Shown: one piece after another, positions 49,970 through 60,684 of the stretch | Layout of the letters: every line of letters begins with the position of its first letter | Position numbering within the stretch: the stretch's first letter is position 1 | DNA from: an uncultured Trueperaceae bacterium | GTDB lineage: Bacteria > Deinococcota > Deinococci > Deinococcales > Trueperaceae | Reading direction: 5' to 3' | DNA: 64,000 bases | NCBI GenBank assembly: GCA_963815215.1 | Contig: CAWFFU010000003.1 | Span: 96,001-160,000, forward strand | Notes under the pieces: model-generated | What the model was told of the DNA's origin: nothing | Databases searched by the model: none | Seen by the model: only the letters and a program-made list of their open reading frames with translations | Program-made: the position numbers and the translations under genes

Positions 49970-50243
49970 CGCACCCGTCGGAGTCCAGCACGGGCGCGGC
50001 GGGTCGTCACACCCTACGCAAATGGACTCGAATGCGCAAGCGAGATCCGCGTCATGGCCCCGGCTCGGGCCTCGAGCGGGGGACGCCCAGAGGGCTCCCG
50101 GGTCCGGGGCCCGGGCGGATCGGCCCGCGCCCCGGCTGTGTGGGCTTGTGACCCAGTCGTCTGCGCGCGTCACGACGGGCGCGTTATACTTGCGCCGTGG
50201 CCGTCACAACCTACGTGCCGTGCATGCTTGGAGTGCCGGAAGG

Positions 50244-50780
50244 ATGAGCGCATTGAATCTGACGTCGCCCGGTGCCCTGACGCGTCCCGCCGATGCCTCG
50301 GACGCCACCTTGGTCCACCGCCTCTACGAGAAGACCCCTGGCTATTTCGACGTGATCTCCATCCCTGTCCCGACCCTGGCCGAGGTCAGGACGGACCTCG
50401 AAACCGCGGTCCGGGACGCCCGCAGGCACACCGAGCTGGTGCTCCTGCCGCCCGCTGAGCGGGCGCCGCGCGACGCGGAGCTGACGGACCCGGTGAGCGG
50501 TCGTCAGGTCGTCGGCTACCTCGATTACAAGGTCGACTACCCGGACACCGGGGACGCCACCGTCAACCTGCTCCTCATCGAGGGCGATCTGCAAGGACGC
50601 GGCATCGGCGGCCACTGCGTGCGGGATCTCGAGGGGCGCCTTCGCGGCCGCGTGCGCCGCGTGCTCGCCAGCATCTACGGGCAGAACCCACGTGCCCGCC
50701 GCTTCTGGGAGAGGCTGGGGTACGCCTTCGCGATCGATGCGAAGCCCGTGCTCGACTGGTACGCCAAGCAGCTCGTCTGA
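50244..50780 (+). CDS. GNAT N-acetyltransferase
   Basis: LLLIEGDLQGRGIG and NPRARRFWERLGY motifs. Confidence 0.8.
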   Translation: MSALNLTSPGALTRPADASDATLVHRLYEKTPGYFDVISIPVPTLAEVRTDLETAVRDARRHTELVLLPPAERAPRDAELTDPVSGRQVVGYLDYKVDYPDTGDATVNLLLIEGDLQGRGIGGHCVRDLEGRLRGRVRRVLASIYGQNPRARRFWERLGYAFAIDAKPVLDWYAKQLV

Positions 50781-50858
50781 CCCCTGTCCGGTCGCGCCGG
50801 ACCGCCCTCGAGGCCGGCCGGGCATGCCGTGCGAGGGGAGCGGTGTATCCTTTCCGTC

Positions 50859-51761
50859 ATGAAGCATGTCGTGAGTGTCTCGCTCGGTTCCGCCACGCGT
50901 GACACCGACCAGACCGTGACCATCCTCGGGGAGCAGGTCCACCTTGAGCGGCGGGGGACGCAGGGAGATTTCGACGCCGCCCGCGCTCTCATCGGCGAGC
51001 TCGACGGCCGGGTCGACGCCATCGGGCTCGGCGGCATCGACCTGTTCTTGCCGGTGGGCGCCAGGCGCTACTACTTCCGCGACGCCCGCAGCCTCGCTGC
51101 GGCGGCCACGCGGACGCCCGTGGTGTGCGGCGCCGGGCTGAAGAACAGCCTGGAGCGGGCGATGGTAAGGGCGCTCGCCGGCCGGTTGTCATGGCAGGGT
51201 CGGAAGGTGTTGATGGTCTCGGCGCTCGACCGCTTCGGTATGGCCGAGGAGCTGGTGGCGCACGGTGCCCATGTGCTGTTCGGCGACTTCATCTTCTCGC
51301 TGGGGTTGCCCATCCCCCTGTACCGCCTGGGCACGCTGCACGCCCTGGCCACGGTTCTGTTGCCGGTGTTCGTCAGGTTGCCGTTCAAGTGGCTCTACCC
51401 GGTGGGCGCGAGCCAGGAGACCGAGGCGACCACCGAGCGTTTCGAACGCTACTATCGCTGGGCCGACGTGGTGGCCGGCGATTGGCACTACATCCGGCGT
51501 TACGCGCCCGCCGACCTTCATGGCAAGACGGTGCTCACCAACACCACCACCGAGGCGGACGTGGCCTTCCTGAAGGCGCGCGGCGTGCGCACGTTGATCA
51601 CCACCACGCCGCGCTTCGACGGCCGCAGCGTGGGAACGAACCTGTTGGAGGCCGCGTTCGTCGCCATCGACGGGGGCACGGGCGAGCTCTCCGCCGAACG
51701 CTACCGTGCGATGATCGAGGCCGCGGAGCTCGAGCCGTCCGTGCTCGAGCTCGCGTCCTGA
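50859..51761 (+). CDS. Conserved hypothetical protein (family often labelled 'quinate 5-dehydrogenase')
   Basis: VVSVSLGS..RD, LDGRVDAIGLGGID, GLKNSLER, DRFGMA, TNTTT, TTPRFDGRSVGTN; recognised from Thermus/Firmicutes homologues. Confidence 0.65.
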   Translation: MKHVVSVSLGSATRDTDQTVTILGEQVHLERRGTQGDFDAARALIGELDGRVDAIGLGGIDLFLPVGARRYYFRDARSLAAAATRTPVVCGAGLKNSLERAMVRALAGRLSWQGRKVLMVSALDRFGMAEELVAHGAHVLFGDFIFSLGLPIPLYRLGTLHALATVLLPVFVRLPFKWLYPVGASQETEATTERFERYYRWADVVAGDWHYIRRYAPADLHGKTVLTNTTTEADVAFLKARGVRTLITTTPRFDGRSVGTNLLEAAFVAIDGGTGELSAERYRAMIEAAELEPSVLELAS

Positions 51762-51907
51762 AGGCGCCCAGCGCATGGTGTGGGCGGCACGCCACGGCGG
51801 TAGCGTTGCGTGCCCGGGTGCTACACTGTGCTGCGTCTTGAACTTCCGCGAGCGCGTGCCGCCCCATTGCGGTCGGTTCCGTGCCGTGATGCGTCGGAGG
51901 CTAGTGG

Positions 51908-52464
51908 ATGATCAGTGTGACGGACCTGCGCAACGGGACGAAGGTCGAGATGGACGGCGGCCTGTGGGAGTGCTTGGACTACCAGCACCAGAAGATCGGC
52001 AGGGGTGGCGCCAAGGTGCTCGGCAAGTTCCGCAGCCTGGAGAGCGGTTCGATCGTCGAGCGTACGTTCAGCGCCACGGAGAAGCTGCAGGACATCTTCA
52101 TCGACTATCGCCAGATGCAGTACCTGTTCGCCGACGGCGACCTGTACACCTTCATGGACATGGAGACGTTCGAGCAGCCCGTGTTGAGCCGCGACCAGAT
52201 CGGCGACACGGCCCGCTTCCTCAAGCCCAACCTGGAGGTGACGGTGGACTACTACCAGGGTAGGCCCCTCAAGGTCACGTTGCCCAACGTGGTCGAGCTC
52301 GAGATCACGAGGACCGATCCCGGCGTGCGCGGCGACACCGTGTCGGGCGGCAGCAAGCCTGCGCTGCTCGAGTCGGGGGCGAGCGTGAACGTACCCCTGT
52401 TCATCGAGCAGGGCGAGGTGATCCGCGTCGACACGCGCAGCGGCGAGTACCTGGGACGGGCCTG

Positions 52465-52465
<1 letters not shown>
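51908..52465 (+). CDS. efp: Translation elongation factor P
   Basis: DLRNG, QHQKIGRGGA, FMDMETFEQ, DPGVRGDT, VPLFI..GE.IRVDTRSGEYLGRA. Confidence 0.97.
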
Positions 52466-52962
<497 letters not shown>

Positions 52963-52980
52963 GGCTCGGGGACAGGCGCC

Positions 52981-54318
52981 GTGTTCCGGAAGATCCTGAT
53001 CGCCAACCGAGGCGAGATCGCCCTGCGCGTGCTTCGCGCCGCGCGCGAGCTCGGCATCCAGACGGTCGTGGTGTACTCGCAGGCCGACGAGAACTCGCTT
53101 CCCGTGTTGCTCGCCGACGAGGCGATCTGCATCGGGCCCGCGCCGGCCGCCGTGAGCTACCTCAACGTGCGCAACCTTCTCTCCGCGGCGCTGGTGACGG
53201 GTGCCGAAGCCATCCATCCCGGGTACGGCTTCCTGGCCGAGAACGCCGAGTTCGCCGAGAAGTGCGAGGAGCACAACCTCGTCTTCATCGGTCCTCGCGC
53301 CGAGACCATCCAGCGCATCGGCGACAAGGCCGCGGCCCGGCGGCTGGCTGAGGAGGCGGGGGTCCCGATCACGCCCGGCTCGCAGCCACTCAAGGACCTC
53401 GAGGCGGCGCACGCGTTCGCCCGGACCATCGGCTTCCCCCTCATCTTGAAGGCCTCGGCGGGCGGTGGCGGGCGTGGTATGCGCGTTGTCCACAGCTTCA
53501 ACGACTTGGAGCGCCAGTTCGTCAACGCTCAGGAGGAAGCGCGCGCCGCGTTCGGCAACCCCGAGCTCTACATGGAGAAGTACCTGGAGGAGCCCAAGCA
53601 CATCGAGGTTCAAGTGTTCGGGGACGGCCAGGGCAACGTCATCCACTTCTTCGAGCGCGACTGCTCGATCCAGCGGCGCTACCAGAAGATGCTCGAGGAG
53701 GCGCCGAGCATCGTCGATGACGATCTTCGAGAGCGCATCATCGAGTCCGCGGTGGCGCTGGCACGACACATCGAGTACCGCGGTGCCGGCACCTGCGAGT
53801 TCCTCGTCGATCGCGACGGCAACTTCTACTTCAGCGAGATGAACACGCGCATCCAGGTCGAGCACCCGGCGACCGAGATGGTCACCCGCTTCGACCTGGT
53901 CCAGGAGCAGTTCCGGGTAGCGGCCGGCATGGGGCTCTCGCTGGCCCAGGAGGACGTACGCCTGGAGGGACACGCCATCGAGGTGCGCGTCACCGCCGAA
54001 GACCCCGACCACGATTTCCGTCCTTCGGCGGGCATCATCAGCGACGTCCACTGGCCCGGCGGCCCCGGTATCCGCGTGGACTCGCACGTCTACGCGGGCT
54101 ACCGGATCCCGCCGAACTACGACAGCCTCATCGCCAAGATCATCGCCTGGGCGCCCACGCGGCAGGAGGCGATCGCCCGCATGGAGCGCGCTCTTCGCGA
54201 GACCGTCATCGAGGGGGTCAAGACCACCGTGCCGTTCCACCTCAAGGTGCTCGACAACGCCTTCTTCCGGCGTGGCGCGGTCTACACGAACTTCATCGCT
54301 CGGAGGATGTCCACGTGA
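52981..54318 (+). CDS. accC: Acetyl-CoA carboxylase biotin carboxylase
   Basis: ILIANRGEIA, HPGYGFLAEN, GGGGRGM, ERDCSIQRR, EMNTRIQVEH, YDSLIAK. Confidence 0.97.
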   Translation: MFRKILIANRGEIALRVLRAARELGIQTVVVYSQADENSLPVLLADEAICIGPAPAAVSYLNVRNLLSAALVTGAEAIHPGYGFLAENAEFAEKCEEHNLVFIGPRAETIQRIGDKAAARRLAEEAGVPITPGSQPLKDLEAAHAFARTIGFPLILKASAGGGGRGMRVVHSFNDLERQFVNAQEEARAAFGNPELYMEKYLEEPKHIEVQVFGDGQGNVIHFFERDCSIQRRYQKMLEEAPSIVDDDLRERIIESAVALARHIEYRGAGTCEFLVDRDGNFYFSEMNTRIQVEHPATEMVTRFDLVQEQFRVAAGMGLSLAQEDVRLEGHAIEVRVTAEDPDHDFRPSAGIISDVHWPGGPGIRVDSHVYAGYRIPPNYDSLIAKIIAWAPTRQEAIARMERALRETVIEGVKTTVPFHLKVLDNAFFRRGAVYTNFIARRMST

Positions 54319-54668
54319 CCGAAGGCCCCGAAGGTCCTGACCTCGAGATCGCTGCCGACGTGCTCTACGGCATCGCTCAACTGGCGCTCGACGAGATCGA
54401 GGGACTGCGTCCCATCGTTCCGCCCGCCCGCGTCGGCGAATTCCTGAGCGGTCGTCGGGCCAAGGGGATCCAGATCGAGCGTGAAGGCCCGGACGTCTAC
54501 GTCGACCTACGCGTGGCGGTGGCCTACGGGGTGGAGATCCCCAGCGTGGCGGCGCGGGCGCAGACGGCGGTGCGGGAGGCGGTAGCTTCGATGACCGGCC
54601 TCCAGGTCCGCAGCGTCAACGTCAACGTCGAGATCGTCGACCCGCCGGAGGAACTGCTCGGTGGCTAG
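54315..54668 (+). CDS. Asp23/Gls24 family protein (YqhY-like)
   Basis: VDLRVAVAYG..IP, VASMTGL.V..VNVNV; sits between accC and nusB. Confidence 0.85.
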   Translation: MTEGPEGPDLEIAADVLYGIAQLALDEIEGLRPIVPPARVGEFLSGRRAKGIQIEREGPDVYVDLRVAVAYGVEIPSVAARAQTAVREAVASMTGLQVRSVNVNVEIVDPPEELLGG

Positions 54669-55116
54669 GCGGAAGGCGCGCGAGCTGGCATTCCGTACCC
54701 TGTTCCAGTCCGAGCGCGGAGGTTCTCCGGTGCTGGAGGTCTGGCACCAGGTCCGTGAGGAGGCGCTCGAGGATCCGGAGCCGGAGGCCGATGCGGCCTA
54801 CGGTGAGGGCCTCGACACGCCGTCCCTCGACTTCGCGCAGACCCTGGTGACGGCCTACGCCGAGCATCGGGATTCGATCGACGGCGAGCTCGTCGAGCTG
54901 ATCAGCGGGTGGAGCTTCGGCCAGATGGCGCAGACCGACCTCAACATTCTGCGCCTGGCCGTCACCGAGATGCGGTACGGGCCTCCCGGGCCCCCTGAAG
55001 TGGCGATCGAGATGGCGGTCCGGCTGGCCAAGAAGTTCGGCGGCGAGGAGTCCGGCCGGTTCGTCAACGGTGTGCTGGCCAAGCTGTTCCGGCGCTTGGC
55101 TGGTGAACGAGCATGA
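54661..55116 (+). CDS. nusB: Transcription antitermination factor NusB
   Basis: RRKARE.A...LF, DLNILRLA, AVRLAKKFG, FVNGVL. Confidence 0.93.
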   Translation: MARRKARELAFRTLFQSERGGSPVLEVWHQVREEALEDPEPEADAAYGEGLDTPSLDFAQTLVTAYAEHRDSIDGELVELISGWSFGQMAQTDLNILRLAVTEMRYGPPGPPEVAIEMAVRLAKKFGGEESGRFVNGVLAKLFRRLAGERA

Positions 55117-55130
55117 GATGAGGTAGTCAG

Positions 55131-55973
55131 GTGGCGGCGATCAGACTCGACGGCAAGGTGGTCTCGGCGAAGGTGGTCGAGCGCCTCCAGGAAACGGTGG
55201 CGGCGCTCTCCTTCACGCCCAAGCTGGTGTTCGTGCGGGTGGGCGAGGATCCCGCCAGCGCCTACTACGTGCGCTCCAAGACCCGCATGGCGAAGCGCGT
55301 CGGGGTCGAGTCCGAGACGCACGTGCTGCCCGCGGACGCCGGTCAGGCCGAGCTCGAGGCCCTGATCCGAAGCCTGAACCAGGATGCCGGGGTCGACGGC
55401 ATCCTGCTGCAGTTGCCCTTGCCCGACGGTCTGGCGGCGCAGCCGGTCCTCGACCTCATCGATCCCGACAAGGACGTCGACGGGCTCCACCCGGTGAACG
55501 TGGGACGGCTGTGGACCGGCCGCCCCGCGCTGGCGCCGGCCACGCCACGCGGTCTGCTCGCGTTGCTCGACCACTACGAGGTAGCGATCGAGGGACGTCA
55601 CGTGGTCATCGTGGGCCGTTCGAACCTGGTCGGCCGGCCGGCGGCGGCGCTCTTCCAACACCGCAACGCCACCGTCACCATGGCTCACTCGCGCACGAGC
55701 GACCTCGCCGGGGTGGTCCGTCAGGGGGACATCGTGGTGGCGGCTGCGGGCCGTGCCCGCATGATCACCGCAGCTATGGTGAAGCCGGGAGCGGCGGTGC
55801 TGGACGTGGGCATGACGCGTGAGGAGGAGGGGATCGTGGGGGACGTCGCGCCGGATGTCGCCGAGGTCGCCGGCCACCTGACCCCGATGCCGGGGGGCAC
55901 GGGCCTGATGACGGTGGCGATGGTCATCGATACCACCGTGGAGGCAGCCCGGCGCAGGCGTTCGGGCGGATGA
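55131..55973 (+). CDS. folD: Bifunctional methylenetetrahydrofolate dehydrogenase/cyclohydrolase
   Basis: GEDPAS..YV..K, GILLQLPLP, KDVDGLH, GRSNLVGRP, TPMPGGTGLMT. Confidence 0.96.
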   Translation: MAAIRLDGKVVSAKVVERLQETVAALSFTPKLVFVRVGEDPASAYYVRSKTRMAKRVGVESETHVLPADAGQAELEALIRSLNQDAGVDGILLQLPLPDGLAAQPVLDLIDPDKDVDGLHPVNVGRLWTGRPALAPATPRGLLALLDHYEVAIEGRHVVIVGRSNLVGRPAAALFQHRNATVTMAHSRTSDLAGVVRQGDIVVAAAGRARMITAAMVKPGAAVLDVGMTREEEGIVGDVAPDVAEVAGHLTPMPGGTGLMTVAMVIDTTVEAARRRRSGG

Positions 55974-56413
55974 ACACGGTCCTTGCGAACAGCGGGTTGT
56001 TGACCGCACTGATCGCGACCGTGTCTGCGCAGGTCCTGAAGGTGCTGCTCGTCGTGGTGACGGAACGGCGCCTGGCGCTCGGCCGCCTGCTGGAGACGGG
56101 AGGCATGCCCTCGTCGCACACGGCGGCCGTCACCGCCCTGGCAACCTCGCTCGGCCTCCACTTCGGCTGGGCGAGCGCGCAGTTCGCCATCGCGGCGGTC
56201 TTCGGTTCGATCGTGATGTACGACGCCACCGGGATCCGCCGGGCGGCCGGCGTGCAGGCCGAGTTGATCAACGATCTCGTGCAGGAGCTCGCCCACCTGT
56301 TCGACGAGGGATTCCAACCCCAGGCGCTCAAGACGCTTCTCGGGCACACCTATCCGCAGGTGGTCGTGGGGGCGGCGGTGGGCATCACCACGGCCCTCCT
56401 CGTCGCCCTCTGA
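55970..56413 (+). CDS. Divergent PAP2 family (DUF212) protein
   Basis: TGGMPSSH, VMYDATGIRRAAG.QA, LGHT..QV. Confidence 0.9.
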   Translation: MNTVLANSGLLTALIATVSAQVLKVLLVVVTERRLALGRLLETGGMPSSHTAAVTALATSLGLHFGWASAQFAIAAVFGSIVMYDATGIRRAAGVQAELINDLVQELAHLFDEGFQPQALKTLLGHTYPQVVVGAAVGITTALLVAL

Positions 56414-56474
56414 GCACGGGCACGTGCGCCCAGAGGGGTGCGGGGCGTGCCGCGGCACAGGTACGGGCACCTGA

Positions 56475-57104
56475 TCAACGTTCGGAGCGGGCGATGACGG
56501 CCACGCGGACCTCGAGGGCGCCAGCGGCCAGCAGCGCGTCGCGGCAGGCGCCGGTGGTGGCGCCGGTGGTGAGCACGTCGTCCACCAGCAGGATGACGGC
56601 GCCGGGTACCGGTGTGGCGACGAATGCGCCGGCCACGTTGCTCATGCGAGCGGCGCGGCTCAACCGGGCCTGTGGTCGCGTGGGCCGGACCCGCGCCAGC
56701 AGGGAGCGGCAAGGAAGGCCGAGCGCGGCGGCCGCTCCGCGAGCGAGCAGCAGCGCCTGGTCGTAACCGCGCTCGCGGTGACGGGCCGGGTGCAGGGGGA
56801 CCGCGCACACGACGGTGGGGTGCCAGGAGGCCGCGGCGACCTCGCGGGCGAGCGCCGTAGCCAGCCAGCCTGCCAGGCGGGTGGCGCCGCGGTACTTGAG
56901 CGCGCGCACCGCCCTGCCCAGCGGCCCGGCGTACGGTCCCAGCCACAGTGTGGGGCCCAGGCGCCCCGGGCGGACCGCGAGGCGCCGGCACGGCGCGCAG
57001 CAACCCCGGGCGCCGGCCGGCCGCACGCCGCAGGCGGGGCAGGGCAGGAGCGCCCCCAGCAGGGCATCGCGCACGGCCCGGAGCGCCCGCAGGAGGACGG
57101 CCAT
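56475..57104 (-). CDS. comF: ComF-family phosphoribosyltransferase-like protein
   Basis: CPACG Zn finger, LKY, VPLH, RERGYDQA, LLVDDVLTTGAT. Confidence 0.88.
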   Translation of the reverse strand: MAVLLRALRAVRDALLGALLPCPACGVRPAGARGCCAPCRRLAVRPGRLGPTLWLGPYAGPLGRAVRALKYRGATRLAGWLATALAREVAAASWHPTVVCAVPLHPARHRERGYDQALLLARGAAAALGLPCRSLLARVRPTRPQARLSRAARMSNVAGAFVATPVPGAVILLVDDVLTTGATTGACRDALLAAGALEVRVAVIARSER

Positions 57105-57186
57105 GGCCGACGCTAGCCCACGCGCGCCGTTGGGGGGAACGGCGGCCGGGCAGGAGCCGGGCGGGTCTAGGGAGGCGCCGGTCGCC

Positions 57187-58203
57187 TCAGGTGGAGCGGA
57201 GCGCGAGGGAGCGAAGGAGGCTCTCCAACTCGCGAGTGGCCGCGCGTCCGGGGAGCGCCTTCAAGGCCTCGGCGAGTCGCTCGAGCCCGCGCCGTGCGCG
57301 CTGCTCCGCGACCGATTGGGCGTAGGCGAGCGAACCGTGCCGCTCGATCGCCGCGAGCACATCGCGCACCCCCTCCGGTCGCCTGGCGTCACGCGGCCGG
57401 GTCAGCTCTTCCCGGATCGCCTCACCCTCGTCGCGCGAGGCGTGCGCCAGCAGGTGCGCGAGGATCAGGGTGCGCTTGCCTTCGTACAGGTCGCCGGCGA
57501 ACTCCTTGCCGTAGGCGACCCCCGGTGTCAGGTTGAGGACGTCGTCGCGGATCTGGAACGCGATCCCCAGGTCGATGCCGGCCGCCTCGAAATCGGGGGA
57601 GGGGTCGACGCCGGCGCAGGCGGCGCCCAGCCGCAGCGGACAGACGACCGTGTAGTAGGCCGTCTTGAGCGTCACCATGGTGAGGTAGTCCTCCTCGGTG
57701 ACGTCGAACCGGCCGGCGGCGACCCAGCTCAGGTCGAGGTGCTGTCCCTCGGCGGTCCGTTCGATCATCCACAGGAACTCGTGCAGCACAGCCTCGCGAT
57801 CGAGGCCGTCGGACGAGGCCGCGGGCAGCGTCATCAGCAGACGCCACATCGCCACGTGAAGGGCGTCACCGACGTTGATCGCGATCGGTGAACCGACGAG
57901 GCGATGTAGCGCCGGCCGGCCCCGGCGCTCCTCCGAGTCGTCCTCGATGTCGTCGTGGATCAGCACCCAGTTCTGGAACAGTTCCACGCCCGCGGCGGCG
58001 GTCAGTGCCGCCCGCTCGTCGCCGCCGTGGGCCTGCGCCGAGAACACCACGATCTGCCCGCGCAGCGTCTTGCCGGCCCGGCCAGGGTAGTCGCGCAGGA
58101 GCGAGGCGAAGCGCCGGAGCTCGGGATGGCCGTTGCCTTCGGGCAACGCCGACAGCACGGTCTGTCGGATGCGGGTGGAGAGGTCTCCGACGGCCTGGCT
58201 CAT
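57187..58203 (-). CDS. Polyprenyl diphosphate synthase (GGPP/FPP synthase family)
   Basis: GKTLRG, LIHDDIEDDSEERRG, GQHLD, KTA.Y, FQIRDD, GDLYEGKRT. Confidence 0.92.
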   Translation of the reverse strand: MSQAVGDLSTRIRQTVLSALPEGNGHPELRRFASLLRDYPGRAGKTLRGQIVVFSAQAHGGDERAALTAAAGVELFQNWVLIHDDIEDDSEERRGRPALHRLVGSPIAINVGDALHVAMWRLLMTLPAASSDGLDREAVLHEFLWMIERTAEGQHLDLSWVAAGRFDVTEEDYLTMVTLKTAYYTVVCPLRLGAACAGVDPSPDFEAAGIDLGIAFQIRDDVLNLTPGVAYGKEFAGDLYEGKRTLILAHLLAHASRDEGEAIREELTRPRDARRPEGVRDVLAAIERHGSLAYAQSVAEQRARRGLERLAEALKALPGRAATRELESLLRSLALRST

Positions 58204-58252
58204 GCTGCGGCCTCGGCGCCCGACGCCGGCCGGACCACGACAGGCGGCACCC

Positions 58253-59266
58253 TCAGGGCCGGCGGATGCAGGCTTTGAAGTGCCCGGGGCTCACCTCTTC
58301 GAGCGGCGGCACCACGTGGGCGCAGTCGTCCACAGCGATCGGGCAGCGCGTGCGGAACACGCAGCCCGAAGGCGGGTTGATGGGGCTGGGGATATCGCCC
58401 TGGAGGAGGACACGCTCGCGTTTGATGGTGGGGTCCGGGATGGGCACGGCCGACAGCAGCGCCTCGGTGTACGGGTGCACCGGGTTCGCGTACAGGTCCT
58501 TGGAGGGAGCGACCTCCATGACGCGACCCAGGTACATCACCACCACGCGGTCGCTGATGTACTCGACCACGCCCAGGTCGTGGGCGATGAACAGCAGCGT
58601 CAGGCCCAGCTCCTCCTTGAGATCCTGGAGGAGGTTGACGACCTGCGCCTGGATGGATACGTCGAGGGCCGACACCGGCTCGTCGGCCACGATGAACTGC
58701 GGGTCGACGGCGAGAGCGCGGGCGATGCCGATACGCTGCCGCTGCCCGCCCGAGAACTCGTGGGGGTAACGGCGCATGTGGTTCGGGGACATGCCGACGC
58801 GATCCAGCAGGTCCGCAACACGCTGTTCCTTGGTCTTGCCGCGGGCGAGGTTGTGGATGGTCATGGCCTCGCCGATGATGTCGCCCACCGACATGCGCGG
58901 GTTGAGGCTGGCGAAGGGGTCCTGGAAGATGATCTGCATCTCCTTGCGGTACTCCCGCATCTTCCCCTTGGGCAGCTTGGCGATGTCGACGCCGTTGAAC
59001 AGGATCTCGCCTGCGGTGGGCTCGATGAGCCGGAGGATGCTGCGGCCGGCGGTGGTCTTGCCCGACCCCGACTCGCCCACGAGTCCCACGACCTCGCCCT
59101 TCTTGATCTCGAAGGACACGTCCTCCACGGCCTTGACGTTCGCCACCACACGGGAGAAGATGCCGCCGCGGATGGGGAAGTACTTCCGCAGGTTGCGGAC
59201 CTCGAGGAGGTTCTCCTTGGCGTCGCGGATCGCTTCGGTCTGCACGCGGGTCGTCGACGACGTCAT
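58253..59266 (-). CDS. oppF: Oligopeptide ABC ATPase OppF/DppF
   Basis: [39 protein letters not shown]. Confidence 0.9.
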   Translation of the reverse strand: MTSSTTRVQTEAIRDAKENLLEVRNLRKYFPIRGGIFSRVVANVKAVEDVSFEIKKGEVVGLVGESGSGKTTAGRSILRLIEPTAGEILFNGVDIAKLPKGKMREYRKEMQIIFQDPFASLNPRMSVGDIIGEAMTIHNLARGKTKEQRVADLLDRVGMSPNHMRRYPHEFSGGQRQRIGIARALAVDPQFIVADEPVSALDVSIQAQVVNLLQDLKEELGLTLLFIAHDLGVVEYISDRVVVMYLGRVMEVAPSKDLYANPVHPYTEALLSAVPIPDPTIKRERVLLQGDIPSPINPPSGCVFRTRCPIAVDDCAHVVPPLEEVSPGHFKACIRRP

Positions 59267-60276
59267 GCCACCATCTCCTGCTTGAGATCGAGGTCCTTCC
59301 AGCGGATGCAGCGCACCATGTGGCCGTTGCCGGTGTCCTCGAGCGCCGGGATGGCTTGCTTGCACTCGTCGGTGGCGAAGCGGCAACGGGGGTGGAAGGC
59401 GCAACCCTCCGGCAGGTAGAGCGGGTTGGGGACGTTCCCGGGGATGGCTTCGAGGCGGTCCTGGTGTTCGGCGGCGCGGTCGACGCGCGGGATGGAGTTC
59501 ATCAGGCCCAGCGTGTAGGGCATCTGCGGACGGGCGAAGATGTCGTTGACATCGCCTTCCTCGACGGCCCGCCCGGCGTACATCACCACCACGCGATCGG
59601 CCACCTCGGCGACCACGCCCAGGTCGTGGGTGATGAACAGGATGGACATGCCGATCTCGCGCTGGAGCTTGCGCATCAGGTCGAGGATCTGCGCCTGGAT
59701 GGTGACGTCGAGGGCCGTGGTGGGCTCGTCGGCGATGAGCAGCTTGGGCCCGCAGGACAGCGCCATGGCGATCATCACGCGCTGCCGCATGCCGCCCGAC
59801 ATCTGGTGGGGGTAGTTCTTCACGCGCTTGGCGGGCTCGGGGATGCCGACCAGGTCCAGCATCTCGATCGACAGCTTCATGGCGTCGCGATAGCTCTTGC
59901 CCTGGTGCAGCACGATCGCTTCGGCGATCTGATCGCCCACCGTGTAGACGGGATTGAGGCTGGTCATGGGCTCCTGGAAGATCATGGAGATCTCGTTGCC
60001 CCGGATGCGGCGCATATCGCGCTCACTCTTGCCGACCAGATCCTCACCTTCGAACAGCATCCGGCCCGAAGCGATCCGTCCCGGAGGGGTGGGGATGAGG
60101 CGCATGACCGAGAGGCTGGTCACGGACTTGCCGGAGCCGGACTCGCCAACCACGGCCAGCGTCTCGCCGCGATCGAGGTGGAAGCTCACTCCGTCGACGG
60201 CCTTCACGACGCCTTCGTCGGTGTCGAAGTAGGTCTTGAGGTCCGTGACCTCGAGTAGCCGGTCGGAACTAGGCAT
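59263..60276 (-). CDS. oppD: Oligopeptide ABC ATPase OppD/DppD
   Basis: [46 protein letters not shown]. Confidence 0.9.
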   Translation of the reverse strand: MPSSDRLLEVTDLKTYFDTDEGVVKAVDGVSFHLDRGETLAVVGESGSGKSVTSLSVMRLIPTPPGRIASGRMLFEGEDLVGKSERDMRRIRGNEISMIFQEPMTSLNPVYTVGDQIAEAIVLHQGKSYRDAMKLSIEMLDLVGIPEPAKRVKNYPHQMSGGMRQRVMIAMALSCGPKLLIADEPTTALDVTIQAQILDLMRKLQREIGMSILFITHDLGVVAEVADRVVVMYAGRAVEEGDVNDIFARPQMPYTLGLMNSIPRVDRAAEHQDRLEAIPGNVPNPLYLPEGCAFHPRCRFATDECKQAIPALEDTGNGHMVRCIRWKDLDLKQEMVA

Positions 60277-60604
60277 CAGCGCGTACACTCCTCACAAGGT
60301 TCGATTCTACCCGAATACGTCGGGCTCGGACGGGAGCCAAACCCCTGTCCGGGACGCGGTGGATCCCACGCAAGATGGTGAGACGCCGCTGCGTCCAGTG
60401 AGATACCCCCATTGCAAGGAAATACCGGTTCCCGCCCGCGACTGCTCCCGGATACGGAAGCGCCGTGATTGCGGCGGCGCCGAGCCCCGATCGGGCGACG
60501 CCCGCCCGCGATCGGGAGTGCCGGACTGGCCGAGGTGTGGATCGAGCTCGGGGTGCGCTCCGCGGGGGAGCGGCCCGCTCGTGTTCGGCGTGCCGGTCCC
60601 CGAG

Positions 60605-60633
60605 AGAATATAGCGCGCGCGCGCGTAGGTCAA
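60605..60633 (-). promoter_or_regulatory. Internal sigma70-type promoter in the oppC-oppD gap
   Basis: TTGACC-N17-TATTCT; the spacer is almost entirely alternating (GC)n. Confidence 0.6.
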
Positions 60634-60684
60634 ATGCCGGGCCCACCCCGCCGCCGGCACGTTGGGGCGGCGGCGTGAAGCGCG

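Noticed and set aside
50140..50210. TTGTGAC / GTCAC(G/A)A half-sites between spt and the GNAT gene as a CRP/FNR-type box
   Set aside because: The spacing does not fit TGTGA-N6-TCACA; too weak to call.
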